From the human T2T-CHM13v2.0 reference genome, Homo sapiens: a stretch of DNA of 64,000 nucleotides. The notes under the pieces were generated by a model. That model was not told where the DNA came from. It searched no databases and saw only the letters and a list, made by a program, of their open reading frames with translations. Below are positions 34,843 to 50,684 of the stretch, piece by piece (position 1 is the stretch's first letter; the number at the start of each line of letters is the position of its first letter). The stretch is from assembly GCF_009914755.1 (NCBI RefSeq), contig NC_060925.1, one strand, 5' to 3'. Made by a program: the position numbers and the translations under genes.

Positions 34843-35410
34843 GAGCTAATTTTAACAACATTGCTTTAGCTGGTGACAGCTGCCCCAAACCAAAACAAAG
34901 CCATCATGAATGCTATTCAACATCCTCAATGTAATCCAGTATGTTTTTGTACTTGGAATATAGTTAAACTTTTGACATTACATAATCAAGCAAATAGCAG
35001 TGCATACTATATTATTCAAAAAGACTTTATCTATTTCATTTAAAAAATCAAGTTGCAAGTGGCCTCAGCTTTATCAACAATCGTAGTGACACATTCCACA
35101 CTTCATGCTCTCAAAATAAAAAGTGCCCTAAAACTAACTCTAAGTTTTTTAGTCACTGACATTAATACTAACCAGGTTACAGGAATTGAAGTTTAACATT
35201 GTACAATATAAGCGGCAATAAGTTACTGATATCTGCTGACAAATTCCACTCAAACTAAATATATCCTTGATACATTCAAAAAGACATTTTGTAAATTTTA
35301 ATAAGCTAGTTAGTGTATATGCTGCAGTGCAAAAAAAGTGACACCCTAGTTTCCTGAGCTTTAGGAAATTAACAATTTTCTGACTACTACTTTCAACTTA
35401 AAATAGGCTC

Positions 35411-35416
35411 TTTATT
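35411..35416 (-). terminator. USP33: Candidate proximal poly(A) signal AATAAA in the USP33 3'UTR
   Basis: Canonical hexamer on the minus strand; whether it is used cannot be shown from sequence. Confidence 0.45.
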
Positions 35417-35596
35417 ATATGAAGCCATGACAAAACTATACAATTAAATTGGGCTTTTGGAGAACTGAAAGACTGGTCAGAGTCAGGGTGATTTAGGACA
35501 ATGAAAAAGTTTTCAAAGCAAAAGTATTTACAACACTACAAAGGATACTATGGATCTGCATGTAGTGTAAAGATTAAAGATAACCTACTGATTTCA

Positions 35597-36012
<416 letters not shown>

Positions 36013-36146
36013 CTAAGAAGAAATAAATGGGATAAATGATGAAAAAAAATAAAGCAAATAAACACGCTTTTAGGAATGTTTTCGCATGTGTACATGTCAG
36101 GGCACATGAAAATGATTCCTCATTAGAACTCTCTACATCCTAAAAA

Positions 36147-36304
36147 TTACAAAGACCGAGTTTCTACTTCAATTTTTTCTTCTGCTTGAAGTATATCTGG
36201 ATCAACATGAACAACCGGAGGTCGCAGGATAACTTCAGGCCCTCCACCATAAATAGACTGCAGAAAATTCCATGTTTCTTCAGAAATCTGGCCAGAATCT
36301 GCTC
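36147..36304 (-). CDS. USP33: USP33 last coding exon ([23 protein letters not shown]...EVETRSL*)
   Basis: ttttaAG acceptor, second YGGGP motif, TAA stop at 36149-36147. Confidence 0.96.
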
Positions 36305-36692
36305 CTTAAAATTACGTAGAAGAAATAATGTTTACAAACCTATATATTCATATTGCAAAAGCGTTCATAATGTACCCCCCAGCATGAATCTTCTCGGGAT
36401 AATTGAGAACTTCTGGAACATGAATCTGCAGACTACCAGCCCATATTGTTATAAGCTGAAACATATGGCTTGTCTTAAAAAGTCAGAGATGCTTTTGCTT
36501 TGCTCTTAACAACAGCCTTAAGACCTTTCCTCAGATAAAAAAAAAGTGGCTGCTTTTCATTACTTGCCCTAGTTAATGTATGGATTACATTCTTCAGTTG
36601 AATAAAAAAGTACTATAGATGACTAATGATAACATATTTCTAACAGTGACAAATCACTCACAAGTAAAAGCTTAAATACGAGTCAAACTTAC

Positions 36693-36761
36693 CTTGCCTA
36701 AGCATCACATTACCACATTTAGTGACTGCAATCTTAGTATTGTCAATAGGACCTGGAGGAT
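36693..36761 (-). CDS. USP33: USP33 coding exon ([23 protein letters not shown]), 69 nt
   Basis: ctttAG acceptor, GTAAGT donor; contains the DUSP motif PGPIDN. Confidence 0.96.
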
Positions 36762-37349
36762 CTAAAGGAAAAAATATCAAAATGTATTTTTCAAAGAAAT
36801 GTAACAAAAAATTGCATAATTTTGTGCTTGACAAAATTGTGACCTATAACTACATTATCAGACTGGTTATTTCTCAGGCAAATTATTATAGTTAATTCTT
36901 TTTTTTTTTTTTTGAGATGGAGTCTCGCTCTGTTGCCCAGGCTGGAGTGCAGTGGCACCATCACAGCTCACTGCAACCTCCGCCTTGGGTTCAAGTGATT
37001 CTCCTGCCTCAGCCTCCTGAGTAGCTGGGAATACAGGCACACACCACCACGCCCGGCTAATTTTTGCTTTTTTTTTTTTTTTTAGTAGAGATGGGAGTTT
37101 CACCATGTTGGTCAGGCTGGTCTCGAACTCCTGACCTCACGATCTACCCACCTCAGCCTCCCAAAGTGCTGGGATTACAGGCGTGAGCCACTACACCTGG
37201 CCTATGGTTAATTCTTAATGTCTTCTCCTGAGCTTCTTCGTTTTTAGTTCTTAGTTCCCCCAAAACAGAACCAGGAAAGAAGGTAAGAGAGGCTCGTTCA
37301 CAACCATCACAGTTTAACAGAAATGTTTTGTTTTTTTTTTTTTTTTTGA

Positions 37350-37535
<186 letters not shown>

Positions 37536-37859
37536 TAGCCAGGATGGTCTTGATCTCCTGACCTCGTGATCCACCCCCCTCGGCCTCCCAAAGTGCTGGG
37601 ATGACAGGCATGAGCCACCACGCCCGGCCCAGAAATTATTTTTTAACTCTCCATTTGGGGATTACAAGTCAAAATGTACCACTAATGCTATAAAATAGCA
37701 ATTCCTTTGTAATTTGAAAGAAATTATACAATTAATTTGCTTCAGATTATCAAAGTAACATTAAGAACAATAAAAGCATTATAAAAGAAACCGTTTAAAT
37801 ACATTCTTTTTAAAATTTAAGGCAAAAGTGAACCGCATGGTCATCATCAAAAGTTGTAA

Positions 37860-39052
37860 AAGCAACTTAAACAAATTTACAATTAAAAAAACCCAATTAG
37901 AAAGTGGACAAAGAACATGAACACTTCTCAAAAGAAGACATTTATGTGGCCAAAAAAACATGAAAAAAAGATCAACATCACTGATCATTAGAGAAACACA
38001 AATCAAAACCACAATGAGATACCATGTCACATCAGTCAGAATGCCAGTTATTAAAAAGTCAAGAAACAGGCTGGGCCCAGTGGCTTATGCCTGTAATCCC
38101 ACCACTTTGGGAGGCCGAGGCAGGTGGCTCACTTGAGATCAGGAGTTTGAGACCAACCTGGCTAACATGGTGAAACCCCATCTCTACTAAAAATAGAAAA
38201 ATTAGCCAGGCATGACAGCGGCACCTGTAATCCCAGCTACTCAGGACGCTGAGGCAGGACAATCGTCTGAACCCAGGAGGAGGTTGCAATGAGCTGAGAT
38301 CACGCCACTCCACTCCAGCCTGAGTGACAAAGTGAGCCTCTTTTTCAAAAAAAAGAGAGAGTCAAGAAACAAGAGATGCTGGCGAGGCTGTGGAGAAATG
38401 GGAACACTTTTACACTGTTGGTGGGAATGTAAATTAGTTCAACCATTGTGGAAGACAGTGTGGCAATTCCTCAAAGACCTAGAACCAGAAATACCATTTG
38501 ACCCAGCAATCCCATTACTGGGTATATATCCAAAAGAACACAATTCATTCTATTATAAAGATACATGCACACATATGTTCATGGCAGCACTATTCACAAT
38601 AGCAAAGATAAGGAATCAACCCAAATGCCCATCTATGATAGACTGGATAAAGAAAATGTGGTAAATATACACTATGGAATACTACGCAGCCATAAAAAGG
38701 AAAGAGATCATGTCCTATGCAGGGACATGGATGGAGCTGGAAGCCATTATCCTCAGCAAACTAATGCAAGAACAGAAAACCAAACACTGCATGTTCTCAC
38801 TTATAAGTGGGGGCTGAACAACAAGAACACAAGGACACAGGGAGGAGAACACACACTAGGGCCTGTTGGTGGGGGTTGAGGGATGAGGGGTGGGAGAACA
38901 ACAGGAAAAACAGCTAATGCATGCTGGGCTTGATACCTAGGTAATGGGTTGATAGGTGGAGCAAATCGCCATGGCACATGTTTACCTATGTAACAAACCT
39001 GCACATCCTGCACATGTATGCTGGAACTTACAAAATAAAAATAAATTTTTTT
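37860..39052 (+). mobile_element. 5'-truncated L1PA-type fragment interrupted by Alu 38069-38354
   Basis: ORF-track 38332..38664 is the L1 ORF2 C-terminus ([18 protein letters not shown]...WIKKMW); G-rich 3'UTR and A-tail follow. Confidence 0.92.
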
Positions 39053-39488
39053 AAAGGTGTAGAAAAGCCAGATATGGTGGTGTGCACCTATAGTCCCAGC
39101 TACTCAGGAGGCTGAAGCAAGAGGATCGCTGGAGCCCAGGAGTTTGAGGCCAGCCTGGACAATACAGAGAGAACTCAGTAATTCAGCACTTTGGGAGGCC
39201 AAGGTTGGTGCACTGCTTGAGCCCAGGAGTTCCTGGGCAACACTGTGAGACCATGTCTCTACAAATAATTGTAAAAAATAATTTTTAAATTAGCCAAGTG
39301 TGGTAGTACATGCCTGTAGTCCCAACTACTCAGGAGATGGAGGTAGGAGGATCGCATGGGCTGAGAGTTCAGGGCTGCAGTGAGCCATAATCATGCTGCT
39401 GTACTTAAACCTGGGCAACAGGGTTAAGACCTTGTCTCTATTAATTTAAAATTTTAAAAAGTAAATACATAAATACAAAAAGCTTTAA

Positions 39489-39674
<186 letters not shown>

Positions 39675-40198
39675 TGACTGCCACCACACCCAGCTAATTT
39701 TTGTATTTTTAGTAGAGACAGGGTTTCACTATGTTTCAGGCTGGTCTTGAACTCCTGACATCAGGTGATCCACCCACGTCAGCCTCCCAAACTTTTGGGA
39801 TTATGGGCGTGAGCCACCGTGCCTGGCACATATCAGAATATCTTATTTTCATATTATTAAATATTGTCATACAATTTTACTTTAAAAGTCCACTGTATTG
39901 AATAAACCATACTTTAAGCAACCTCTTATTCCTTATAAAGATTTCTAAAATTTTTTCAACATTAAGATCACAGATTTACTTTGTTCAGTCCTCTTATTCC
40001 TGCTATAATTCATAAAATAAGTTTAACAAAATTTACAACCAACAGAATATAAACTAGAACGTAAGATCCCTGAGGACAGGATCTTTTTCTCTTCTGTTCA
40101 ATAGTGTAATCCCAAGTGCACACAGATATTCAAGAAATACTTGTCAAACAAAAAAACAAATAATTTACCAAAAAAAAATTTTTCAGTCAACCACTTAC

Positions 40199-40301
40199 CT
40201 CCATCTTTACCCTTCACAAAACTTTCCCATTCTCTAAACCACTGCATACTGATGCAATAAAAAGTAGCTGGAGAGTCCTCTTTTTGGAACGCTCTGTTAA
40301 G
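40199..40301 (-). CDS. USP33: USP33 coding exon ([34 protein letters not shown]), 103 nt, DUSP2
   Basis: cttgtAG acceptor, GTAAGT donor; contains the DUSP pattern Y.IS..WF..W. Confidence 0.96.
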
Positions 40302-40465
40302 CTACAAGGGGGAAAAAAAACAGTCATCTAATATCTAAAACTTGCTTTATGGCAAAACAATACCATCATTCCACTTCAGTGTTTGATAACTCAGCACTTT
40401 GGGAGGCTGAGGCAGGAGGAGTCCTTGAACCCAGGAGTTCCAAACCAGTCTGGGCAACATCGTGA

Positions 40466-40818
<353 letters not shown>

Positions 40819-40970
40819 TAATTAGCTGTGTGAGGTGATTTGCACCTGTAGTCCCAGCTATTCGGGGAAGCTGAGGTAGGAGGATTACTTGAGCCCAGAA
40901 GGTTGAGACTACAGTGAGCCGTGATTGTGCCACTGTACTCCAGCCTGGGTGACAGAACAAGACCCTGTCT

Positions 40971-41009
<39 letters not shown>

Positions 41010-42311
41010 AGTGGTACAGTAAGATGTATGCTAACTTAGTACTAGAATACGTGGTAGCATCTATGAATAAACAATTCTAGGTTCTGTCTCAAAATTTAAC
41101 AAGTATACATAAAAGGGGCATAAAGACTGGGTAAATGAAGATGGTCAAGACAAAGTCTTCAAAACAATAAATACGCCACATATTTATTAAAAATCTAATG
41201 TGTAAACTTTATGTACACATACTATATCCACAGTCTATACTTTTTGTTTACTTAAGATACTGGTAGACAACTTGCTATTACCATGCTGCAATGAATGAAT
41301 GATCTTGTACATGTCATTTCACAAGCAATATACATAAATGTATAAGTAAATTCTAATAAGTGGTGGGACAGTCCCTGAAGACCAATTCCCTCTTCCAGCC
41401 CTCAGGCCTAAGGAATGGGTATATGACTCAAACTATACACAACTCTGTCAGAAATAAAAATCTTCAGAGAAGTGACCTAATGGTTAGAATGGAATCATTC
41501 CAATGTCAATTCAGGTAGATACTCAGGGCTACCTTAGTTCTCAAACTTTTGGAGGTCTGGTTTTTCAATTTTTATTCTTAGTAAATTTCTTTTTTGCCAG
41601 GTTAGCCAGTCTGGCTTCTACCACTTGCAATTAAAAAAAAACCCAAGTGAGAGAAAAACTGATATAGAAAGAGAAGCACAAGCAAAAGAGGCTCGGGAAA
41701 ATTAAGAGTATTTGGAATTAATCTAATTGTAGTAGTGTGTAAGTAGTGTGTAAGTAGTGTGTAGTAGTGTGTAAGTAATTGCCCATCTCATGATGGGCAA
41801 TTCAATCCATGGAACACACTACCTGTGGACAAAGACAACCAAGTTCAGATTATATAATTCCTCTAACCAAATTAATCAAAACCCTGTAATTATTCACAGA
41901 TACCCTTATAAAAATAGCCCAGAAGTACCTCCATGATCTCACCCCATAATCTGACCTCATCTTCTTTCTTCCTCATTTTTCACTGGTGATCATACTGGCC
42001 ACTTTGTTATTGCCAGAACCAAACAAATACACCTCTGCCTCACAAGCCTTTTGCACTAACCCTTCTTTTTGCAGGTGTCTGAATGACTATCTCCCTTACC
42101 TCCTTTAAGTCTTTGCTTAAATGTCATCTTCTCAATGAGGCCTATCTTGACCACCCTGTTTAAAACTCCAACCTGGGCCAGGCGCAGTGGCTCACGCCTG
42201 TAATCCCAGCACTTTGGAAGGCCAAGGCAGATCACCTGAGGTCAGGAGTTCGAGACCAGTCTGGCCAACATGGTGAAACCTCATCTCTACTAATAATACA
42301 AAAATTAGCTA

Positions 42312-42557
<246 letters not shown>

Positions 42558-44010
42558 TCACCTTTTAATATAACATATAACATATTTATTAAATATAAGC
42601 TCTGGCATGGCACAGTGGCTCACTTGAGACCAGAAAATTCAAGACCAGCCTGGGCAACATGGTTAAAACCCCATCTCTACTAAAAATACACAAAAAATTA
42701 GCTGGGTGCAGTGGCACATCCCTATAGTCCCAGCTATTCATCAGGAGGCTGATGTGGGGGATCTCTTGAGCCTGGGAGATCAAGGCTGCAAAATTAACTG
42801 GGTATGGTGGCACACGCCTATAGTCTCAGCTATTCATCAGGAGGCTGATGTGGAGGATCTCTTGAGCGTGGGAGATCGAGGCTGCAGAAAGCTGTGATCA
42901 TGCCACCGTGCTCCAGCCCGGGCAAAAGAGCAACAACTTGTCTCAAAAAAAAAAAAAAAGTATATATGTGTGTGTGTATGCATATATAAGCTCTCTGAAG
43001 GCAAAGATCTTTCTGGGACACAAGGTAGCTGCTTCAATGGAACAATGAAATGGAAAATGCTGTGGCAGTCTCTGATGGTTAACAAAGAAATTAAGGCATA
43101 TTTGTCTCAAGGCATGGAATTAAAGTTCGGGCTTTCTGTGATGTGCAACTTATCCCTAGAGAACTGAGAGTTCTAAAATGTCATATCAGACTGAATCTGC
43201 CAGATGCTGGATTCTAACAACCATTAAATTCATACCACTACCATGTTTGAAAACTTTCAGGACTTACTTTATCTTTGGTATTAAGAAGTTACTTCCTATG
43301 TGTTTAGGTAGGCGCTTTTTAAAATTTAGTTAAGCACAGTTACCTCATTAATTTAAGGATGTGTTTCTCTCTAGTTCTGGAAAATTTATCTAAATGGTTA
43401 CTCTAAATGTAGTTCTCACTCTGTTCTCTTTTAAAAAATACATAATAGAAAAACAATGGATCCTATAGCTATCCAACATGTCAAAACTTTTCTTCCTTCT
43501 GTTTATCTTTTTGTGCTTCACCTTAGAAGAAATCTTTCCGCTATATCTTTCAGCATACTCATTTCCTCTCCAATAGTATTTATTTTGCCATTCAATCAAC
43601 CCATCTATTGAGGTTTTGTTTTGTTATTTAGGATACAATATCCTTATGTATCTCCCTGAATATCAATCATACTTCACATGGTCTACACTCACTGCTCTAC
43701 CCAGGCAGATACCTTTATACTTGCTGCCTGGTACAGTGCAACAGGCAGAATGCTAAGGTCATCATCCGTATCTGTCACTTCCAAAATTAAAGCCCACACA
43801 GTCATTTCCTGTGGCCCTTGGCTTGCTTCTTTGATCTGATCCTATCTGCTTTTTCGGTTTTTCAGAAACTTCACTTAGCTTCCAATCCACTAAGGGCACC
43901 TATTTTTATATTCCAGTGTTATTTCTGTTAACACAAATGCTTTGTTTAAAAAAAAAAGGGGGGGGGCTGAATAAAACAAAAAAAACCCTAATATTATAGA
44001 ATAATAATAG

Positions 44011-44313
<303 letters not shown>

Positions 44314-45369
44314 TGAGCCCAGCCAATTTTATTTATTTTTAAAGACAGGGTCTTGCTCTGTTGCCTAGGCTGGAGTGCAGGGTCATGGTCATAGCTCACC
44401 GTAATCTCCAATTCCTAGGCTCAAGCAATCCCCTATTCTCAGCCTCCCAAAGTGCTAGCAAGGCATAAGCCACCTTGCCCAGCCCCAGATTTGCTTTAAA
44501 AAAAAAAAAAAAATTTTATTAAGGTGTAATCCTCCCACTCTTCGTATGGACTTTAATGGTTTTCTGTAAATTTATAGTTGTGCAACTGTCACCACAATCC
44601 AGCTTAGAGCCCTCCAACACCCACAAAAGCTGTCTTGCACCAGTTTGCAATCAATTCCCCTTCTCTCAGCCCTTGAAATCACTGTTTGTCTCCACACTTT
44701 TTCCCTTTTTAGAAATTTCATATAAATGAAATTAGACATTATATAGTCTTTTGTATGTCTTACACTTGGCATAATGTTTCTACTATTCATCCATGTTGCT
44801 TCATGGATCAGTACGCCATGATCTTTTTACTGCTGAGTAGCATTTTATTATACAACTATAACACATTTTGTTTATCCATTTGTCAGATGATAGACATTTC
44901 AATTGTTTCCAGTTTTGGGCAATTATGAACAATACTGCCATAAACATTTGTTTACATGTTTTATGTTAACATAAATTTTCATTTCTCTGGAATGAATACC
45001 TAAGAGTGGGATTGCTGGGTCATGTACTAGGAGTTGAACCTACAAGAAATTACCAAACTGTTTATCATGTGGCACACAGCATTTTGCATGCTCATCATTG
45101 ATATTCATAGGAATTCCCTAATGACTGACACTGTGTACTTTTTATGTGCTTATTAGACCTATCTTCTTAAGGGTAATTCCTATCCAAATTTTTTGCCTAT
45201 CTTCCAATTGGAGTATTTGTTTACTTACTGAGTTGTATGTTCTTTATATACATAGTCTGGATATGAGTCCTTTGATGACACGTGATTTGTAAACACCTAT
45301 AACTTACACTGGATTTAGGTCTACCTTCCTAACCCAGTGTTTTACCACGTACCACTATTCTTGGACTTA

Positions 45370-46981
45370 GTGAATGACTCATTCGTAACCATAATATCCT
45401 ACATTGGCTCTGACCATGGAAGTCATTTTACACAAAAGAAATGAAGAAACAGGCTTACTTCCATAAAATTCACTGATCTTACCATGCGCTATCATGCAAA
45501 AGATGTTGGCCTACTGGACTTAGTTTTTTTGTGTGGGTGGCAACACTTTGTGGGTTTGGTACTATCTTACACGATGTAGTATATGCTCCAAATTAGAAAC
45601 CAATATATGGTGGTTTTTCCCATAACTGGAATACATAAACCTAGGAGTCAGGTAAAGGAAATAAGAGAGCTCATCTACTACTACCTACTGACATATTCAC
45701 ACAAGTTTTGCTTCCCATACTCACAACTTCGGCCTCTACTAAATGTGGAAGATTTATATCCCAAGTGAACACAACAACAATTTGACTGGACTAAAAGTTG
45801 AGACAGCCCCCTGGCCATTTTGAGTTTCTCATGTCACTGAATCAGCAAGCAAAGAGGAGGTTACAGTACTGGCTGCAATGACTGACCCCAGTTATAAAGG
45901 GTAAATAAAATGAATACTACATTACTACATAGTAGGAACAAAGAGGATTATGTTGGGAAACCAGATTATACCCACTGTGTTAGTTTCAGAGGGATGCTAT
46001 AACAAAATGCCACAAATTTGGTAAATGAAAAGGTATTTATTCTCTCAGTTTTAGAGAACAGAACTCCAAAATCAAAGTGTCAGGAGAACCATTCACCCTG
46101 CAGAGGCTCTAGGGGAAGACTCCATTCCTTGCCTGTCATGCTTCTAAAGCTTCTACCTTGCAGCTGCATCATTCCAATCTCTGCCTCCATCTTCATGATT
46201 TTCACCTCTTCTCTGCGTATCTCTCTGCTGTGTATCTCTGTGAAGGGTCACTTACTGGATTTAGGGCCCATTCAGACAACTGAGGATGATCTCATCTCAA
46301 AAATCCTTACATATGCAAATACCCTTTTTTCAAGTAAGGTCACATTCACCAATAAGGTTAATTTACAGAGATTAGAGTATGGAAATATCTTTTTGGGAAC
46401 CACCATTCAACCCACTATAGGCACCATTTAGTATTTCCATACTCAGAGAGAGAAATTTAATACAGACAAGACTACTAAGGGTTCAAACCCTTCAGAAATG
46501 AAGGTCTGGGTTATTTTATGAGGTAAATACATTCACAACCAGCCAGGGTATTGGCTGAGAACAGAGGAAATAAGAAATGGGTAGTGATTAGCTATAGATA
46601 CATATTTCTTCCTTGCTCCACGTACATATTTATAAATATTTACCAGATGTTGAAATAACTACCAATTTATTTTTTTCCTTTCATTTGACTACTATAAGGT
46701 ATATTGGTGGTGGTTAACGTTACTGTTCATTCTTTAGATTACAGACCATAACAGGGAAAAGTGTGACTATACTCTCTGAACTAAAAGATTTATGAACATC
46801 ATTTAGAAATAGGTATAGTGACTGGTGGGACTTTGGGTCTCCCAAATATGGGGAAAGGGCAAATGCAACACATACTGGTGCAGGAGCTAGTTGTATTACA
46901 TCAGGCAGAAGCATGATATTGTTGCTACTGTTGTTTGGTTGTGTAAGTGCATATGGGTGCTGAGTTGACAAAGGGGTAGGC
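45370..46981 (+). mobile_element. Degenerate ERVL-type internal segment (integrase remnant to polypurine tract), split by an antisense MLT1-like LTR at about 45977-46420
   Basis: tctgaccatggaagtcattttaca reads SDHGSHFT (integrase SDxGxxFT motif); ERVL-like PPT agttgacaaaggggtaggc-tgt. Confidence 0.6.
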
Positions 46982-48361
46982 TGTGCTCTATTATCTGTTA
47001 ATGAACATCATTTTCATGTATTCATATACTCCCTTCTGTGAAGACAAGCCTACATTTTGCAGGATCCATTGCCAGTAGTACACCAGACTATATATAACCA
47101 TGATATATGAAATATATGAAAGGTATAAGAGAAAGAAAAATGATTTTCCCCTCTGGTGGCAGCTTTGGGCAGGCTTGAGGCATCCACAGATAGCATAAGT
47201 AGGGTTTTGCCACCACTTCTAAGCATCTTCCAAAGAATCCAATCTCACTTAGTATTGTATGCAGCTAACATCTTTAACAGCAGCATCCTGTGTCTCCTGG
47301 GCGTCCTCTTGAATAATTCACTTGGGTCCTGATAGTAGCAGTAGCTTCTCAGGTTTCTGAGCACTGCCATAGGCAGACAGCTGAAATCGTTTCCAAGGGC
47401 TTTATGCAGTTTTGAATTTTTTAAAACTCTGAAGCAATCTGAAACTTATAGGAAAACTCCAAGTATACAAAGAAATTTTCTTTACCTAGTTTGATTTCAG
47501 AATAAGTTGCTGAACAGATGTTCCTTTCCTCCAAATAGTTTGTTGTTTTATAAAATGTCCCTCAATTAGGGTTTGTGACTTTCCTCATTTGAGATTCAGG
47601 TTATCCACCTGTGTACCAAAGAAGTGGTGCCATGTTCTTCTAATTGTATACTATTCTGGCACATAATTTTGATTTTGTTTCATTTCTTTCTTTTTTTTAA
47701 GATATAAAGTCTCGCTATGTTGTCCAGGCTGGTCTTAAACTCCTGGGCTCAAGTGATCCTCTTGCCTCCGCCTCCTGAATATCTGGAACTTACACACCAG
47801 CACACCCAACTAATTGATTTGTTTCATTTCTAATGATGCTCATTTTATCTTCATCGAGATGGTGTCAGGATTCTCTGCTGAAAGTTAGTCTTTTCCGTTT
47901 GTAATTAATAAGTGTTTAATGAGGGAGTTAAGTAGAAATGATATAAGCATTCCAATCCTCATCCTTTCCATTTATTCATTTATTTATTTATACCAATATG
48001 GATGCAGTATCTCCTATTTTATTTAATGAGGTTATATGTTACTGTAATTTATTTTGAGGCTAGGCACAGTAGTTTATGCTTGTAATCCCAGAGCTTTGGG
48101 AGGCAGAGGCAGGAAAATCACTTGAGGCCAGGAATTAGAGACCAGCCTGAGCAAGACAGCAAGACACTGTCTCTACAAAAAAATTTATTTTTTAAATTAG
48201 CTACACATGGTGGTGTGCATCTGTAGTCCTAGCTACTCGGGATGCTGAGGCAGGAGGATCCCTTTAGCCTAGGAGTTCAAGGTTACAGTGAACTATGACC
48301 AGCCACTGCATTCCAGCCTGGTGACAGAATGAGACCCTGTCTTTTAAAATAAAATTTAGAA

Positions 48362-48704
48362 ATATATAGATATATATAGATACATATCTATATATCTATA
48401 TTTTATATACATGTTTAATTTTAACATTCTGTAAATATAGAACATATTCTCTCTCTATATAAAGCTACATATAGATCTATCTAGATAGATCTATATATAT
48501 ATATGTCTCTGACAGCTAGGTATGATCAATCCTACTGGAGTAATCAATAGATTGGAGTAATCAATCTATATATAGATATAGATATCTATATAAACATATA
48601 GACATATATATATCTGAGAGCTAGGTATGATCAATCCTACTGGAGTAATCATTGATCCAAGGCACTTTCAGTGAGAGTTAAGAAATATCAAGTTTCTATA
48701 CATG

Positions 48705-48743
<39 letters not shown>
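48362..48743. repeat. Complex (TA/GA)-rich microsatellite with an internal duplication, followed by (CA)n
   Basis: Read directly. Other STRs: (TG)n 29280-29318, (TA)n 33394-33416, (CA)n 50361-50390. Confidence 0.85.
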
Positions 48744-48746
<3 letters not shown>

Positions 48747-50101
48747 CATATTTACTCAGCTATTATCATGAGTTCACAAAGATACCCATAACTCCAATCC
48801 AATAACAACACAAGGTACAGTTTAGTTTTCTCCTTTTCCATATTTGAAACTTCCTCATCTGACAATGAGAAACTTGGTACTCATTACACGTATGTCTTGA
48901 TCATTTTCCCATATGGAACCAATCGCTCACTGCCACTACCACCACTATGCTGTACCCTTGTAGCCACCAATGTCAGGCCAACATGGGCATCCCTTCTTAT
49001 CCTGCCTGGGCTCTAACACCCTTGACTGGGCTCATGCCACTCACTATACAGAAATTCTCTTTACCCTCTGTGGTTATAAACACCATTCTTGGCCACTGCT
49101 TCTCTCCCACCCACAATGTGGTACCCTATTCCACTTTTAGATTTCCTGAAAGTCAGCAGTGGTCTTCTTGACCTTCACTGCCCAGTCCTTTCAATAGTAA
49201 TGTACATCTCTCATTCCCTACATTCTGATTCTATTCAAAATACTTAGAATAGCTACTATTAATCAAATCCTGACAGACACAGTCATTAGCCATTATTTAA
49301 GCATTGATGGAAAAAACTATTTTTAATATTCAACTAAAGTTTGCTTCCTTAGATTCAAGAAGCAAATGAAGCCCATGTAAAATAAATAAATCTATACCTG
49401 CATCTTTTTTATGTAAAATTTACTTTACTTTAGGCAAGGGCACAAAAAAAGCCCTGAATCAATGAGGAAAAGCAGGTGTGTGTGTGTGTCTACACATGTG
49501 CAGGAAATGAATAATACAAAACATACTGGACATCTTATTTTGATCTGCTCAATATCTTCTCCACTGCTTTTACTAAAAGAATCCCAATTTTTTTCTTGCA
49601 GTATTACTCCTCCCCATAATAGTGTCTCAGTAGATTTATGAATAAACGTGTCTCTCAAGTGATCCAAATTTTCAATTGTCTTAAATAGTTGGAGTTATGT
49701 TACTGACAACAGTACTGCAGAGACTTCTTGCTACGTCAATAATTGGAAGGGTACTAGTCCTTGCCCATAAAACCTGGTTGTTCATGCTTTTGATTTTATG
49801 ACCACACTTTCTGTTGCTTACAATTAAGGGACACCTCATAATATGCTCAGTTTGTGAAAAGTGAGTATATTTATAAGCCCAGGAGTCCCTCAAAAAAACA
49901 AAAGAATATTATATCTCACAAAAGAATCAAAGTAGTACATGCAGTCTGGATAGACTACAGACAACACTAACTTAAGGAAACCTGTAATTTTCCATTTCAA
50001 TAAGATTTCTGCCAGTGCCAATACATTAAAAAAAAAAAAAGTATTGTCAATCCATAAAAGCAAAAACCCACAAAGGGGCCAGGAGCAGTGGCTCATGCCT
50101 A

Positions 50102-50434
<333 letters not shown>

Positions 50435-50494
50435 TCATTCACCATTATGCACCTAGAACACTTGAAATCTATTACAACTCTTTCATCTAATCAT

Positions 50495-50500
50495 TTTATT
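50495..50500 (-). terminator. USP33: Intronic poly(A) signal for the short USP33 isoform ending ...IFIRVKK*
   Basis: AATAAA about 65 nt after an in-frame TGA (50566-50564) that follows a weak donor. Confidence 0.7.
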
Positions 50501-50575
50501 AATATCATATAACTCTGATAATTGTCAGGTCTTCATCTTTATCCTAGATCAATTTGAAAAGCATCACTTTTTTAC

Positions 50576-50684
50576 CCGAATAAAAATTTCCAATTCAGTT
50601 TTTCTTCTTTTTTCAATTTTCTCCGCCTCAATTTGGCAAGTATGACAAATGTACAGATGGTTGACAGCTGGTCCTCCACCATAC
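50576..50684 (-). CDS. USP33: USP33 coding exon ((R)[17 protein letters not shown]...ELEIFIR), 109 nt
   Basis: ctttAG acceptor, weak GTAAAA donor; contains the DUSP end motif YGGGP. Confidence 0.96.
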
